From Balanoglossus misakiensis (taxonomy: Eukaryota > Animalia > Hemichordata), in NCBI GenBank assembly GCA_040954595.2, contig CM082576.2, positions 4,562,760 to 4,626,759 on the forward strand: a DNA stretch of 64,000 nucleotides, read 5' to 3'. The notes beneath the pieces were generated by a model. The model was not told the origin of the DNA and made no database searches. It was given only the letters and a program-made list of their open reading frames with translations. This document shows positions 12,200-25,400 of this stretch, in pieces (position 1 is the stretch's first letter; each line of letters begins with the position of its first letter). Both the position numbers and the translations under genes were made by a program.

Positions 12200-13450
12200 A
12201 AACTTTATTTCATAAAAAGTACGAAAAAGGCGAAAATGTCGCATATGCTGCGCGAATATGTTTGGACTGAGGTCTCTGCCCAGTGCAGACGGATCGAAGT
12301 TGTGGTTACGCAACTGGTCCCGTGTACGGCCGGGGATCTGGGCGACGTGATGATCCATTGCTACGTAATTGACACCGAATGTGTGAACTCATTATGTCGA
12401 CTGACGTCTGGTTCCGTGCCCCAAGCAGGAATCTACTCAGCAGAAAATAAAAGACCTGAAGGGTGTTAACGCCCGATCGATCGCTTCAACCATTGTTTTT
12501 ACGCAATGGGTGCGAACAGATGTCCTAAATTCCAAAAACTTTCAGAAACTCGGAATCTGTGCGCCCTCATAAGGTCATGTATGTTTACTCAACGCGGCGA
12601 AAATAAAATTTGCATGTGATTTGCAAGTATAACAGACAACATGGCCGCTCAATGTAGTGGGAGTCAACACAAACAGTCGGAAAAGTCGCCAAATATTGTC
12701 TGATTCGGTTTCAATCAGTTCTTAAAAGTCAACGATCTTCTGTAGAAGTATCTTCGTCACTTGTTTGGGAGGTTTTCCACCTCCAGAAGGCAACCATGTC
12801 ACAGTACAAGAAGCGGTAAGTACAATTTTCGCTGTGTTTGTCATTCAGTCGTATTTCGCACTGCCCTCATCATGTTGAAAAGACTGGTTATGTAATCGTT
12901 TTGGCGATGACGAATTGAATAGACAGTGTGAATTAGATGAATATAACGGGTTAATTAAGGGAGAAAAACAATGGCGCTTCAATGTGTATGGGAACCAATA
13001 TGGCAGGGATCAAGTATGTTAGATTTCTCCGATGTAAACACCGCGTGTTTTGCGTACACAAATACTCCATGTTAAATACTGTTCACGTGCGTTCGTTCAT
13101 CTACGTGATCGCAGCACCATGATCGTGAAGCCAGACTTCATACAAAGTTGGAAAGGGTCTGATCGTGCGGAATCTGTTGATCTCCGCCGTATCTGTTGTT
13201 AATCACGGTACGTTTGATGTTGCTTTTCGACAGGGCGAAGCTTTCGAGCGAAAGCAGCGATCGTGAAGGCGAACCGTGGAACCAGAGTACTAGGTGCGTA
13301 GTACAGTAATACTGTAGTAATTCGGACTTCCTGTCTGAAAACGTTGCAGTTTTCCCCATTTGTGTCATGGCCAACAGAAATCACATTAGTTCGTAACCCC
13401 ATATGTCTTCAATACGTTAAGAATAATTCCGCCCCGTTAATTCGAAAGCC
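12200..13450 (+). promoter_or_regulatory. CpG-rich putative promoter / first-exon region of the bHLH-PAS gene
   Basis: Visibly dense CpG around exon 1; YY1-like aacatggccgc near 12638; D-box GTTATGTAAT 12887-12896; E-box CACGTG 13084-13089; TACGTG 13102-13107. Confidence 0.55.
12796..12815 (+). CDS. bHLH-PAS exon 1 (MSQYKKR, 20 coding nt)
   Basis: gcaaccATG Kozak context and donor CG|gtaagt in a CpG-rich region. Phase 2 completes an Arg codon with exon 2 (CG+G), giving MSQYKKRAEKSR. The link across 32.5 kb is inferred. Confidence 0.72.
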
Positions 13451-16400
13451 ACGTTTCGTTTTAGGTAACCATAGAATTGTCGATTTCTAACAAGGCGCAT
13501 CCCACTTCGTCACAGTTACTGTACACATTTCAAGGCGATTAACCCCGGCTTGTGAATGTACTGTTTAAATTATAATGAATTAATGCAAGGTTCCGTGTTC
13601 CTTCGTTCTGAGAAATGTAAAATGTTAGCCTCAAGGTATAACAAATGACTCAATTAGATAGAAACCCCTGTAATTCTTTTTCCAAATAGTTAGGTTTGCA
13701 AGGGAGTAGTGGAGTTTTCTTGTATCCCGACCATGTGCTGCCCGAAAAAAACTCTGTTTTGAGTGTATTCTCACTATGAAAATCAATTGTTCTTGACTGA
13801 CACCTCAAAAACTTGTTTGATCGAAGACTTTTCTAGTGCCTGATCCCCATCAGTACCAGGTGGTGGCCAACGGAAAAGTAAACGATTCAACAAAGACCAT
13901 TTGTTGACAGTTCAGAACCAAGACTAAAAAACTGTTTTGTAGTAGCCACAGTGATCTCATGGCGTATTGTGAGGACTCCCGGAAATCGGTCGTTATTTTC
14001 CCCGTGATGAATGGATTGAATTGTGCTTGCCATGTTCTCCATGAATGCTCGTCGGCAAAATTGGATTTCCATCATGCCAAGATGGAAAGAAAGTTGGCGT
14101 ATCATATCTTTTTTCCAATGATGATCTTTCCCCCAGTCCAATGTATGATTGTGACGAACAATGCCTTTACGAAAGCTGTTTAAAAGTTAGTTTTGATATC
14201 TTAACATATATGATAATTGATTTTCCCCCACATTTTGATTTCTCTGAAGTAGAAGTAACAAGTAGGGAAATGGTGTTCTCACCTTTCATCAATGATATAT
14301 GTGTTCAATATCATGTTATTTTGGACTATCATTGGGTAAAGCATTGATGTTTGTGATACTCAGTGGTTCTGAGCCATGCCGGTCTTATTGTTTGAGGGAG
14401 AAAATGTCCTATATTGTCCTGAAAAGGTTCATTTTGGGATGTTATTTCTGCCCCAAATAAGAGAAGTTTCCTGAGTTTCTGCTCAAAAATCATTGCTTGC
14501 TGAATTCCCCTAGTTAGTATTTGAAGTGGAGTGAAATTATCGCTAGTTTCTTACGAGACGGAGAAGAACTTCTGTGAGCTCTCCCAGATCTTTGATTGAT
14601 GACATCATATACTGTGAAAATGATATGAAATTGTAGTTGGAGTTAATCTCACTACCGTCAGTTTACAGAAATTATGATTACTGGGGGCGTATTGAAAGGA
14701 AAGAAAACTGATACACACTATGAAATAATGGGTGAAAAACCCCACAAATCGTGTTCGTGGATCCCATGCCTGAACCCAAACAAAGCCTACATGGGTATGC
14801 ATTGCCGATGGCTTGAGCACACGAGACGTGACTGATTGTACACATGACTTGAAGCATTATGATAAACATTTTATCTCTAAATGATTATTTTATTGCTGAT
14901 TTTGGTTCTGTGTAATAACTAATACAGCCAGCTCACGTATCATAGTCCCGCATTTAGTCTCATGTTTTTGAGACCCACATGAGAGTTGTTTGTGAAAAAT
15001 CTTTCAGTAACAGACGACAAAAACTAGTGATTATCGAGAGCTGTATCTCAGATCAGGCAGGGATTACGTATTTGTAGAATATATAAGATGTGAATGATAT
15101 AGCATATGTGTTAAGATATGTTCCTTGTGAATTTTCATGTGGTAAAAGTAAGTCCTCCGCTGGAGAAAGTACTTTTCTCTGTTTCACCCCTTGATCTCCC
15201 ATTCAGTTGAAGTTGTCCGGTGTTACCAAGTGGTCAGGAGAGTCCATTCTTCGGGCAGGCAGGGGGTGAAAGGCTGCATTGTACTTTGATGATTTCTTTG
15301 ATTCCCGAGCGTATTGGTGGGACTGCTGGCTTTCTGAACGTGATCCAGGGGAAATTGATCAGTGATTGTGAGCTAATGATTGACCTAGAGTTTAAGCAGA
15401 AATGATGATAACACCAAGAATCCGCATGCAAATGACTCTGATACGTCCGATGGACAGGAAACATTGATACGAAAAGCTCTACGACTCTACGACACATGAA
15501 GAACACAATTTTTTCCCCAGTAACCCATGAACAGGACATGTGTTTTGGTTGCTTCCAATCTTGTCAATTTTATGTGAAAAAAAAGAAAAATAATGTTAAG
15601 AAAGAGTAAATAGAGTTATAACCAGGGTTGAACAGTACTATTGTGCCAGGTCTAAATTTAAATCATATTGTTAGTCAAATTCAAGGGAATAATGAAATTC
15701 ATAATGTCACCTTTGCAGTATGTGCACATTCTATATTGAGTATTACATGCTGCCTATGCATAAGTTTGTACGTTTTCTGGCCTACATTGTTTGCATGGTT
15801 ATTGGAATGTCCCAGTGCAGTCATGTCACGGAATATAAGAAATCAGGGCTGTAGTTTAATAGTGAAATGCCTCTCATATTAGTAATTTTATAGCCAACAC
15901 GCCTGATTTGTTTGACGGTCTTGCGTCACCATAAATGCTATCCCCATGCGAGCGATCGCAATGAAATGCCCCGGCCATTGCTTGTGTCGACTGGGGCAGA
16001 CTGAAATAGTGAATGGAACTGTGTCATGGGACGAGGAGGATTTTTAATGTCAAGAAGTTACATATCGAGCAAATTCGATAGTAAAATAAAATTGAGTGTC
16101 TCACCTGAGAAACTCCAACTGCTGAATTCACAGGGGACACCTCAAAGCTATGGATCAATTGATATATGTTTGAGTCGCCGTAATTAATGAAGTGACCATC
16201 TTTGCTGCTATGTCGTTTTCTGTCTGTCGTGAATAGTGTTATTTTTCTGAAGCTGTAGGAAATCCCTCTATGACGTGATTTGATGCAAGTGGCCAGGCAT
16301 TGGGAACAAGCAAGTCTCTAGAGTCAGTCTTTGGTAGTGAAGTTGTCAACCCCTAAGATTTCTACCCCCGATCAGCCGAGATACAAAGTTTGTAGCCATT

Positions 16401-19400
16401 TGTGTTGATGATTGTTTGATTCTGATCAAGTCCTTCAGACATGGAATCTGGGTAACTGTATTTACTCTTGTCTGTCACAAGGGGTGTCTTTAAAAAAGAA
16501 AGAGAAGAAGCATGTCGGGGAGTGTTTGACATAAAATTACATGTTGTTGTTCGCAACCGGGCCTGGAAAACTCAGACCACACATTTAGGCGGGAGATAGC
16601 ACACAGGCTTGACAGTTCGCAGATCACAGGAATTAACCAGGAAAGCCACTCCACTAAATTCCCTGCCTGTCTACGCAGCAGACTTCCAGGTCAGATAAAG
16701 AACGGTGATTTATGTCGGGTGTTGTCTTTGTGTGTCACATCCCTGTTGTCTTCTGGAAGTCCACGGCGAAACAAAATTGCGGAGGTTGTAAAGGACGTAT
16801 GTTTTCTGCTTCCAGTCCAGACACACGTAAACTAGACACAAGTCTTCTTATGAAGCCAAGCTTTGGCAATGTTGAGTGGCAGAAATCTTGACCAGTTGTT
16901 TGAGTGATTTTTAAAGTCATCCTGAAAACTGTTACATACCACAATCTTAGGAAATCCTTGTATTCTAAATTACAAAACCAGAAGTCAGAGTACAGTCACA
17001 GTGAACTGGAACTTTCTCTGCTTTTAGTGGTGATCAGAGAAAAAAAAGTTTTAAAAAGTCAGCTTTGGGGCTGTTTGATGCATGGGCAGTGGGGTAATAG
17101 GTCATGATTTACTGTTGTGGTCGGTTTTTGACACCAAATATGTACAAGTTTGTCTGCTTTTATAGGTGTGCCTAATTTCCCTGTCACTACCTCCATAAAT
17201 TTTACCCTATTCCAAAATTGGTCTGGTAACTGTAAAATCAGGTTTTTCTGCCCAAAAAGCAAAGTGGGAAACAGGTAAATGTTGACCATAGGCCTGAACA
17301 TGCGTGGCAGTTGAAGTTTTTCTGTGTCAAAAGTGCAAGGGGTCAAACGCGCACATACACATACACACATTCAAACCGACGTACACACACAGACGCAGTT
17401 CATCAGACAACTCAATTTAGCAGTGAAGCCACGTCTTTAATGAATACAAAAGCAGTTTTGTGCGAAATGTTGAACTCTGCAAGATCAGAATTGTGCTATT
17501 TCTCAGTCATTCAACTTCCATCGCGGGAATGGAAGTCGTGCAACGTAATCATATCGCTCGTACAACTCATTAGAATATTACAACACGTACTGTGCCATTT
17601 CCATGGAGACTCGGCAGATTTGATGAATTAATTCACAGGTTCACCTAATGCCTTTGAATTTATTATTATCCCCCAGCAAGAAATTCATTTCCTATCTCTT
17701 CCATTGTGTGGGCAGGTCTGGCAAGTTTTGTTCCTTAATTTTTTGGGAGAGTTTCCTTTATTATTAAGCCAAAGTCATACAGATGGAAGTAATCTTGAGA
17801 CCCACTTGAAATTATTTGAATGGAAATTTTTTAGACACCACTAGCAAAAGGGAGGAAGTGGACATAGGGCCGGCTGTGTGTATACTAAACAACAGTGTAT
17901 AGGGTAATGACCACTCAACGATTAGTCATTACACGACCGGCCCCACAGGAAGAAGTTGTCAGCCCAGTGGCTCAGCTCACCAACACAAGACACTGTGTTA
18001 TGTGCATTACTGTCTAACATAGCAATATCAATAACTAATTTATACCTGGAAAAAAAAGACCATTCTCTCTGGACATAAAAGACATAATAGGAAGATGATA
18101 GCAGGGGACAGTGTGTGTATTATTGTTATGGTGTAGTACGTCTGTACGGCGGTGGATTTGTGAAAGCTCGTTTTCTGAGAAGTTAATGACCTCTGTTGTG
18201 GCTTCCTGAAATTGAACATGAGAAGGCTTAAAATGTAGGCCGATGGCACACACAACACACAGTCATATAACAAGACTGATGTGATTGTTCTCCGTCGTTC
18301 TGACGTCTCACCCGTGTACTCTCCAATAATAGCCTGCAGTCCCATGATGACTGTAGGGGTTATAGATAGAATCTCATCACTTGATCCTGTTTCATAAATA
18401 TGGGATGAATTTGACAAAATCAGGGGAGTATGTGTAGAAAATAGCACCCAGGAATTATCTAGTGCAATTTCTGCTCGAAGCTCCGAGTCTATGTGGTATT
18501 CAACCAGACTGAGGGAATCCATGCTCACATGTCGTGTACAGTGCATGCAAATGATGAGATGGGAGTACAGTTTAGGGTTAGGGGTTTTTCCCAACTTAAT
18601 ATTAACAAATAACACCATATGATGATTTTGTGTGGTTGTGTTCTGTAGTGGATTATCAGGGTCATTGTCAATATTAATATCTACATTGAATTACTCCACA
18701 AATGAATTGTGTATGTGTGGATCAAATAGATGTAGCTTCTAGGATCGTAGTGTCTGGCAATAAATATAGGTCAAATTTATTATTTTTAGTTGTGCGGTTA
18801 CTAGTTGGTGCAGTAAATAAGTCAAGACCATGATTGCTATGTTGTTGGACTCGTCAATAACTAAGTTAGAGTATTAGATCCTTGTGACACGTTTGTTTGG
18901 CAGATGGGTGAAGGAGATATTTCCGTTTGTCTGAGAATATCATGGAAGCTCATACACTTCAGGCTGAAAACATATGGTATAAATTTGTGGAATGCCGTAA
19001 TTAGGGCAGGGAAAATGCATTGATAGGAAAAAAATATCAAAACCTACAAAATGCCAGCATTGTGGATATTTTGGGGGTATGAGATTAAAGAAATCAATGA
19101 CGCCCCAGAGCTCACCATGGAGATATGTCACTCAACACAGTCTTTGATGTTTTACAAAACTGTTGAAAACTGATAAGAGGTTTCCCTTCTGGCCATTTTA
19201 GGCATCTACTTCAGTTCTTGTGATGGTCGTTCTGTTTCTATGATTGATATTTGTTGGTGGGATCATCAGCTTATTTGAATTTTTACTGCTGTGGATAACG
19301 CGCTGCCCCCAGGACGAGGTAATGTACATGTTCAGCTGGACGGCCAGCCCAGTAGGGTGTCTGATAGATACGCCAAAATTATGATAAATGCGTCCTCTCT

Positions 19401-22400
19401 GTGTGATATTTTATGAATCAAAGAAGTTCCCCGCAACCGATATATCAGATGAGGAATGCACGCTTTTTATGTGATGAAAGGGCTGCAGTGCGTGTTCATA
19501 CGTACATTCTAGTGAACTGAAATTTCATATTTTATGTGGCACCAAGCTGTCTCGGATCGAGGAAAAGGAAGGGGGGGGGGGGTGATGCAACTTTCATATC
19601 CATTTCCAAGGAAAACCAGGCCCCTGAATGCATGAAGGAATTTATCCAATTTTCTTGGAAGATGTGAAGCGTGGGCTTGAAATCAAACAATTGTTTGCTG
19701 TAAGCCAGATTGTTTCCCTCTTTTTGACTTATCCATACATGATAGACAGGTATTTCTAGCTTTTAGTTTTACTGCAGTACACAGTTCTGCAGAAAACCGA
19801 AGATGTGCTAAGAGTAGCAATTATGTCACTGCAGAAGAATTACCACGGATGAACTGGTCTATTTTTAGACGGTCTTTGTTGTTGAGGACCTGACATATTT
19901 TCTGCCAGATCGCATGAAAAACCTGTGTTATTTTTGTCTTCACAGTATTATCAGCTCTGTAATGTTATGTATTTATACTTTATGAGCAGTTTATCATATT
20001 TTTGTTATCAGCCATCAGTGGTTGCTGTCAAAATTCATACTGTAATGATTTTTAACTTTGTGTGAGTTTTTATTTTTACGACTTATTTTATGCTGGCATG
20101 TTGTGGCGCGAACAGACTACGGGGGTTTGTTCTCGCGACCATGTGGAAATTACGCAACAGTTTCAGAAAGAAGCAGTTGGTGAATTTGTCGAGTTTGTAA
20201 AATACACGGATGAAGTTTCGACACAGGTCACAGAGCAAAAGAAAGGGTCTGTTTTGCATTTGTCACCAGATTATTTTTTGGACAAGTGCCAACAAATAAA
20301 AAAACTCAAAACGTTATTTACACAGAGGTGTTGGGTTATTTTTCGGTGAATGGCCAACAATGGCCGAGCTCTGGCGTGCCGAACACAGTTTTCGTTTACT
20401 GTCCATGTTTTCTGTACGGTTGAGATACTGCAACACGGTTCTCCTGTATTGGGTTTGCTTTCCGTGCGGTTGGGTCTACTCCAGCAAAACCGGCCGAACT
20501 TTGGTTTGTTTTTGTTTTGTTGACATTCTGTTACTCTCTACGCTCTGGTGGTCACTTTCACTCGAGCGGGGGAACGGTGAAATGTGTGAGGTGTAACAGT
20601 TCTGTGCTGACAATAAATCCACTATTTCAGTTGAGTATTCTTGCAGTGGTCATCTGGTGGATCTTACTATCAAAAATCCACTGGTCTGAGCTTAAAGAGA
20701 TGTCCAGAACCTCAGACCACTGAGTCTGGTCAGCCTTGGCTATAGGGGGACAAATTCCCTGAGGACACTTCTATTCATTCTGTTAATTCTATAGATGATG
20801 TGAATTAACACAGGTGCTAATTTCGTTATTTTGTAGTTTAAAACATGCTTAACCAAACGTCCATGATAAGAACAACAAAATTGTACCGTAACTGATTATG
20901 GAGGAGGCCGTTCTCTTCAATTCAGAGACTGAGTAAAAAAAAAATACATCGAAGTTGTGTACAGATGACAGTTTTGTGTTGTTTTAGTTGATTCTTACCT
21001 GTCTGAAGATCTGGTATGAGGTGGCAATCTAGATCTTGACCACTTATTCTGGGATTAATACATGCGAACATTTTGGCGTGTAGCTGCCGCAGTTTGTGTT
21101 GTTTGGGCTGAAAATAGCATGTAAGATAAAAGCGCTGTGTGAATAGAAAATATTCAATTATGCTCTACAGGTGTACATGGCATGTGACACTCAGGGTTAA
21201 TGGGACCCTTTTCCTGTTTTCTGTATTTTTTGTCTGTTCGAAAAATTGAAGCCTATTGGGTTAATTCAAGGAACGTCGTGCACGTGTGTTGGAATATTGT
21301 AAGATGCGCAATACGTATGGTAATTATTTTACATTCTCTACATTGTTATTCCTGTCATTTCATATAAAACACCAACCTTTTCATTTTTTTAACAAAATTA
21401 CCAAAAAAAACCCGCAAGTAAAAGATGTATTGATAATAAACAGATGGTTAATTTTCCTGTTTTGATAGTTCATATATCTAAAATCATTATATATTTGCGA
21501 ACAATTTGTCTGATTTTGTACACTAAATCCTGTACAGTTTATCAGGATAGGGTTTCCGGCTTCAGAAATCTTTGACATTTTAGAGAAACAATTTGCGAAA
21601 GTAATTGTGGAAGCTGTTATGAGCAGGGTCTGAATGTTTTATCTGGTCACCACGGAAACAGCGTGAGTAAGATGTCACCCCATGCCCATGGGTGGTCGAA
21701 CTGACAGACTTACAGAGTACATTTTTTGGTGGGGGTGGGGATGGTTGATGGATGTGGCAGACATTGTGTATTCTTCAGGCGTAGGTTTCTTCCCCAAGTG
21801 TCGTACTGTATCGTGGCTAGGGCACAGTGCTCAGTGAGGTGTATATAAATTAGTAACAGATATTGAAAATGTCATGTGAAACATAAGCCTCCCCCAGCCG
21901 ATAGGCGAACCAACACAGTGCTATAGAAGTCATTGGAGGTGAGGAAAAAGAAGTTAATTTACGTGTCACAATGTCAGTTCCCTCGGCACATTTCTCTCCT
22001 GACTCTTGTAACACATTGGCCCCACTGTTTAAAACAAACGTTGGTGAGCGCAGTATCACTCAAGTTTTTGTGGGCGCGTTTTGAACTTTCAGTGAGATAT
22101 TAGTGTGGATGTTGTCAGTTGTTTTTTCTAGAATTAACTTCATGTTTCCGATTTCATGGTGTTCAAAACCAATTTTCCAGCAAGGGGTGATCTTACGACT
22201 CCCTAACTGCTGAGTAATTTCAACACGGAAATTTCAATATGATATTACCAAGTTATGAGATGACTTAGCATGACTGATGAAATCACTTCCTTAGGCAAGG
22301 CTAAAAATGGTTGGAAATTAAGGAACCAAGTTCAAACGTGTGGAGTTAGATGTAAATGCCCGAAGTCAATAGGCTGTGATTTAAAAAAACACACATAAAT

Positions 22401-25400
22401 CTTGTAAATAAAAGGGAATGAAATCATTTGAAGTAACTTGTTCTGGCCTTGATTATGTTGACATGTCGTATCTGATTTGAAATGTGTGAAAAAATGGTGA
22501 GACAAGTTCCCAGCAGACAAACAAACAACACAGAAGAGAACGGGAGCAGTTCACCATGTTAGAAGCAGAAGCATGGCTGTCCTCGGCCGATGCTTCAGCT
22601 CTGGTTTGTTGTTGAAAGGGTGGGAAGCGGAGCAGAAGATGTGAGCTTGACGTCATAGCAGAGCAAAGCTATAAATCACGCTATCTGTTTGTATTACGTG
22701 ATAGCCTCTGCTTGTTTGGCTGGCTCAAGTACACGATCTGTGTGACTACGCCAGATTTACCGACCCCAGGAACTGCAAAGATGACCCAAACACCCCTTCA
22801 AAAAAAATCAAAAACAGGAAATGAAGATGAAATATATATGTATAATAATCTGATTTGTCCACACGCTTTGTGTTTGAACGTGAATGGGATTTTCAAAGCG
22901 TGCGATCGGATTTGTATTTGCCATGTTGGTGAGTTTAGTGCTCGGGTAGCTATGCGTGTTGGGAAGGCTATTTTTCATGTGGTAACTATGGCAACAAATG
23001 AGTCTGGAGGGATTGGCTGATCCCTTTTTTTGCTCTCACTCAGAACAAATACATTGCCCGTTACCAAATATGGTCACTAGAAACAAGGGTAACCTATGGC
23101 AACCATCATGTACAAGTGGAGACACATAGATATTCATGTTGGCGGATGGGGAACCTCCTGGAGTTTTGCAAGCTCTCAACTTCAATGAGTCTCAGTCAAG
23201 TGGCTGATGGGCAGCTAGTTAACAAAGCAAAAATCGCATTGTGAAAGTGAAAGTGGGGAAAAATCCAGATATTCCTTGTTACAGTGTTTTTATATGATTT
23301 AATCAATGTTAAGTACATGCCTCTACGTGTTCTGTGTTCCAAGAAAACTACTTGTGATGATAAGTCGTGATTCATTCACCTGGCGGTCTGTGATGCGTTG
23401 AGGCAGATAGACAGGGCTGATATGATTTACCCATCATATTAAGAAATACCTTGATCTTTCCGGGCCACCCCAGTCTAAATTTGTTTATATCATTTTGCAT
23501 TATAATGTAAGACTGTCAGCAAATATGACAACTTAGCTTGATGAGATATCGCTTGCATGTCGTGTTCATCAAGGTAAAGGCTTGAAATTAGAGGTGAAAT
23601 TTCGTTGTTTTTCATTGAAAACAGGAAATGGGACTGTTCTATTAAATATAGTACATACTTATTACAATCATCAGTACTGTGTCATTAATTATGATTATTA
23701 ACACTTAGCTCTCATCAATCAACATGGTGCCGGGTAGATTTTTGCATCAGTGACTGACCATATATTTCTGGTTTTTATTTTCAAAATTCAGGTATTTTTA
23801 TTTCTTTCCTCAAATTTTCTGTGAGCTGAAATATAGTTAAATGTTTTCCTGCATGGCCACTCAGTGAATACCTTTGCTGGCTGGATCTCCAGTTTCCATG
23901 GTAACTGTGGATAAATTTTCATAGGTGACTGAATACCTTTAAAACACCAATGATTGGCGGTTTGACATTTTTCTCGACAAATGGGTTCAATTTGATTTAT
24001 GGCTTCACACAAATTCCCAAATCTATCAGAGTTCGGGGGGTAATTCTGCGTAATAATTAGAGAACTAAAATTCTTCAGAGACATTCAGCTTGTTTAGAGT
24101 CAGCTGCGCGATGCAAGGCTGCGAGTAGGAGAATATATAATGTCTTGCCACGATGGTCACTTCAACTATTTGTGGTATTTTGAATGCAGAAAATAAAGCA
24201 ACCTCGGATGACCACTACATAATCAAGATCGTAAAACATGTCAACCCATTTGGTTTTGTATTGGCACTGCAGTAAAACCACTGGAGAAGTCATTCGTAAT
24301 CTTTGCGTTGAAGTGCTAGTTACTCTGCACACTTCTAAGAAAACTTGTCAACAGCAAGTGAAACTGTTGAAGAAAATATGCACAAACTCACCGTAGACTT
24401 TCGATAGCAATACATGAAAAAGAATATTGGGAACAAATGAGAAGACGTATCATGCAAAATCCAAACTTTACGAACTGAGAGAGTTTTTACGGGTGATTAC
24501 AGAATTGATAATTTGATTCTATTTCAGTGTATTGACCCATAAAACATTTATCACCGAATTAGTGGTATATGTAGGGGAGTTGTCGTTTTGAAAGCTGTGC
24601 AACCATGGGTGTGTTTTGTTGACTGCAGGTTAAGGTGACTGTTTGTCTGTTCTACGGTGATACCAAGTCATGTTTTTTTTTGACCAGGTAGATAAACAAC
24701 TATTAAAAGTTGAAAGTGCCGACACTTGCAAACGACAACAGAGTGGCCAAGTAGGAGCATTGACTGACTGGCCTTTGTTCATTTTGCGAACGCCTTAAGC
24801 TGTGCCACCCCCATTTTGCCTGTCAGAATAGGACCTTCCTCACTGAAGAAAACCTCCGGGTTAGGCCAGTGGAATAGTTCAAAATCTAAGTAGTAGGTGA
24901 GAGGTCATTTGTTTTATAAGTAGAATGGAAAACTCCCCAAGCTGCAGCAAGGACAATAGTCTGAAAAGGAACATTGTCCCCTCCCCTCCCCCCCTCCCAC
25001 CAATGCAATCTTATGAAGGAGTTTGCATTGTCAACTTCAAGTGTATATACGCGTTCAGTTGTGTAACCAAATCCAGAAATGTGATTAGACTAAAGTAAGT
25101 CTATCACCTTTAACCTCTGACCTGAAGCAGTAACGCCTTTGGGGGAACTTAACCAGAGGGGGCCATATTGATTAGGCAATATCTGAAAGTTCCCTGGGAT
25201 AGTTAGCCATGGATCTTTGCCTCTGATGAGACGGAGATCAATCTGTGGACATTGTGTTGAAGCTAATGACAGCCTAGTGTCTGGTGTGGATAATTGTTTG
25301 ACATGCATTTTTATTCCCATGAAAATTGATACACAGAAATAATTGGGAAACTGAAGCAATGAAATAATTGGGTCTGAAATTTCTCAAAGTGGTTAAATAA

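Noticed and set aside
18040-18618. 192-aa minus-strand ORF in intron 1
   Set aside because: Non-ATG start, no recognisable domain or coding-like composition, no convincing splice context; likely chance.
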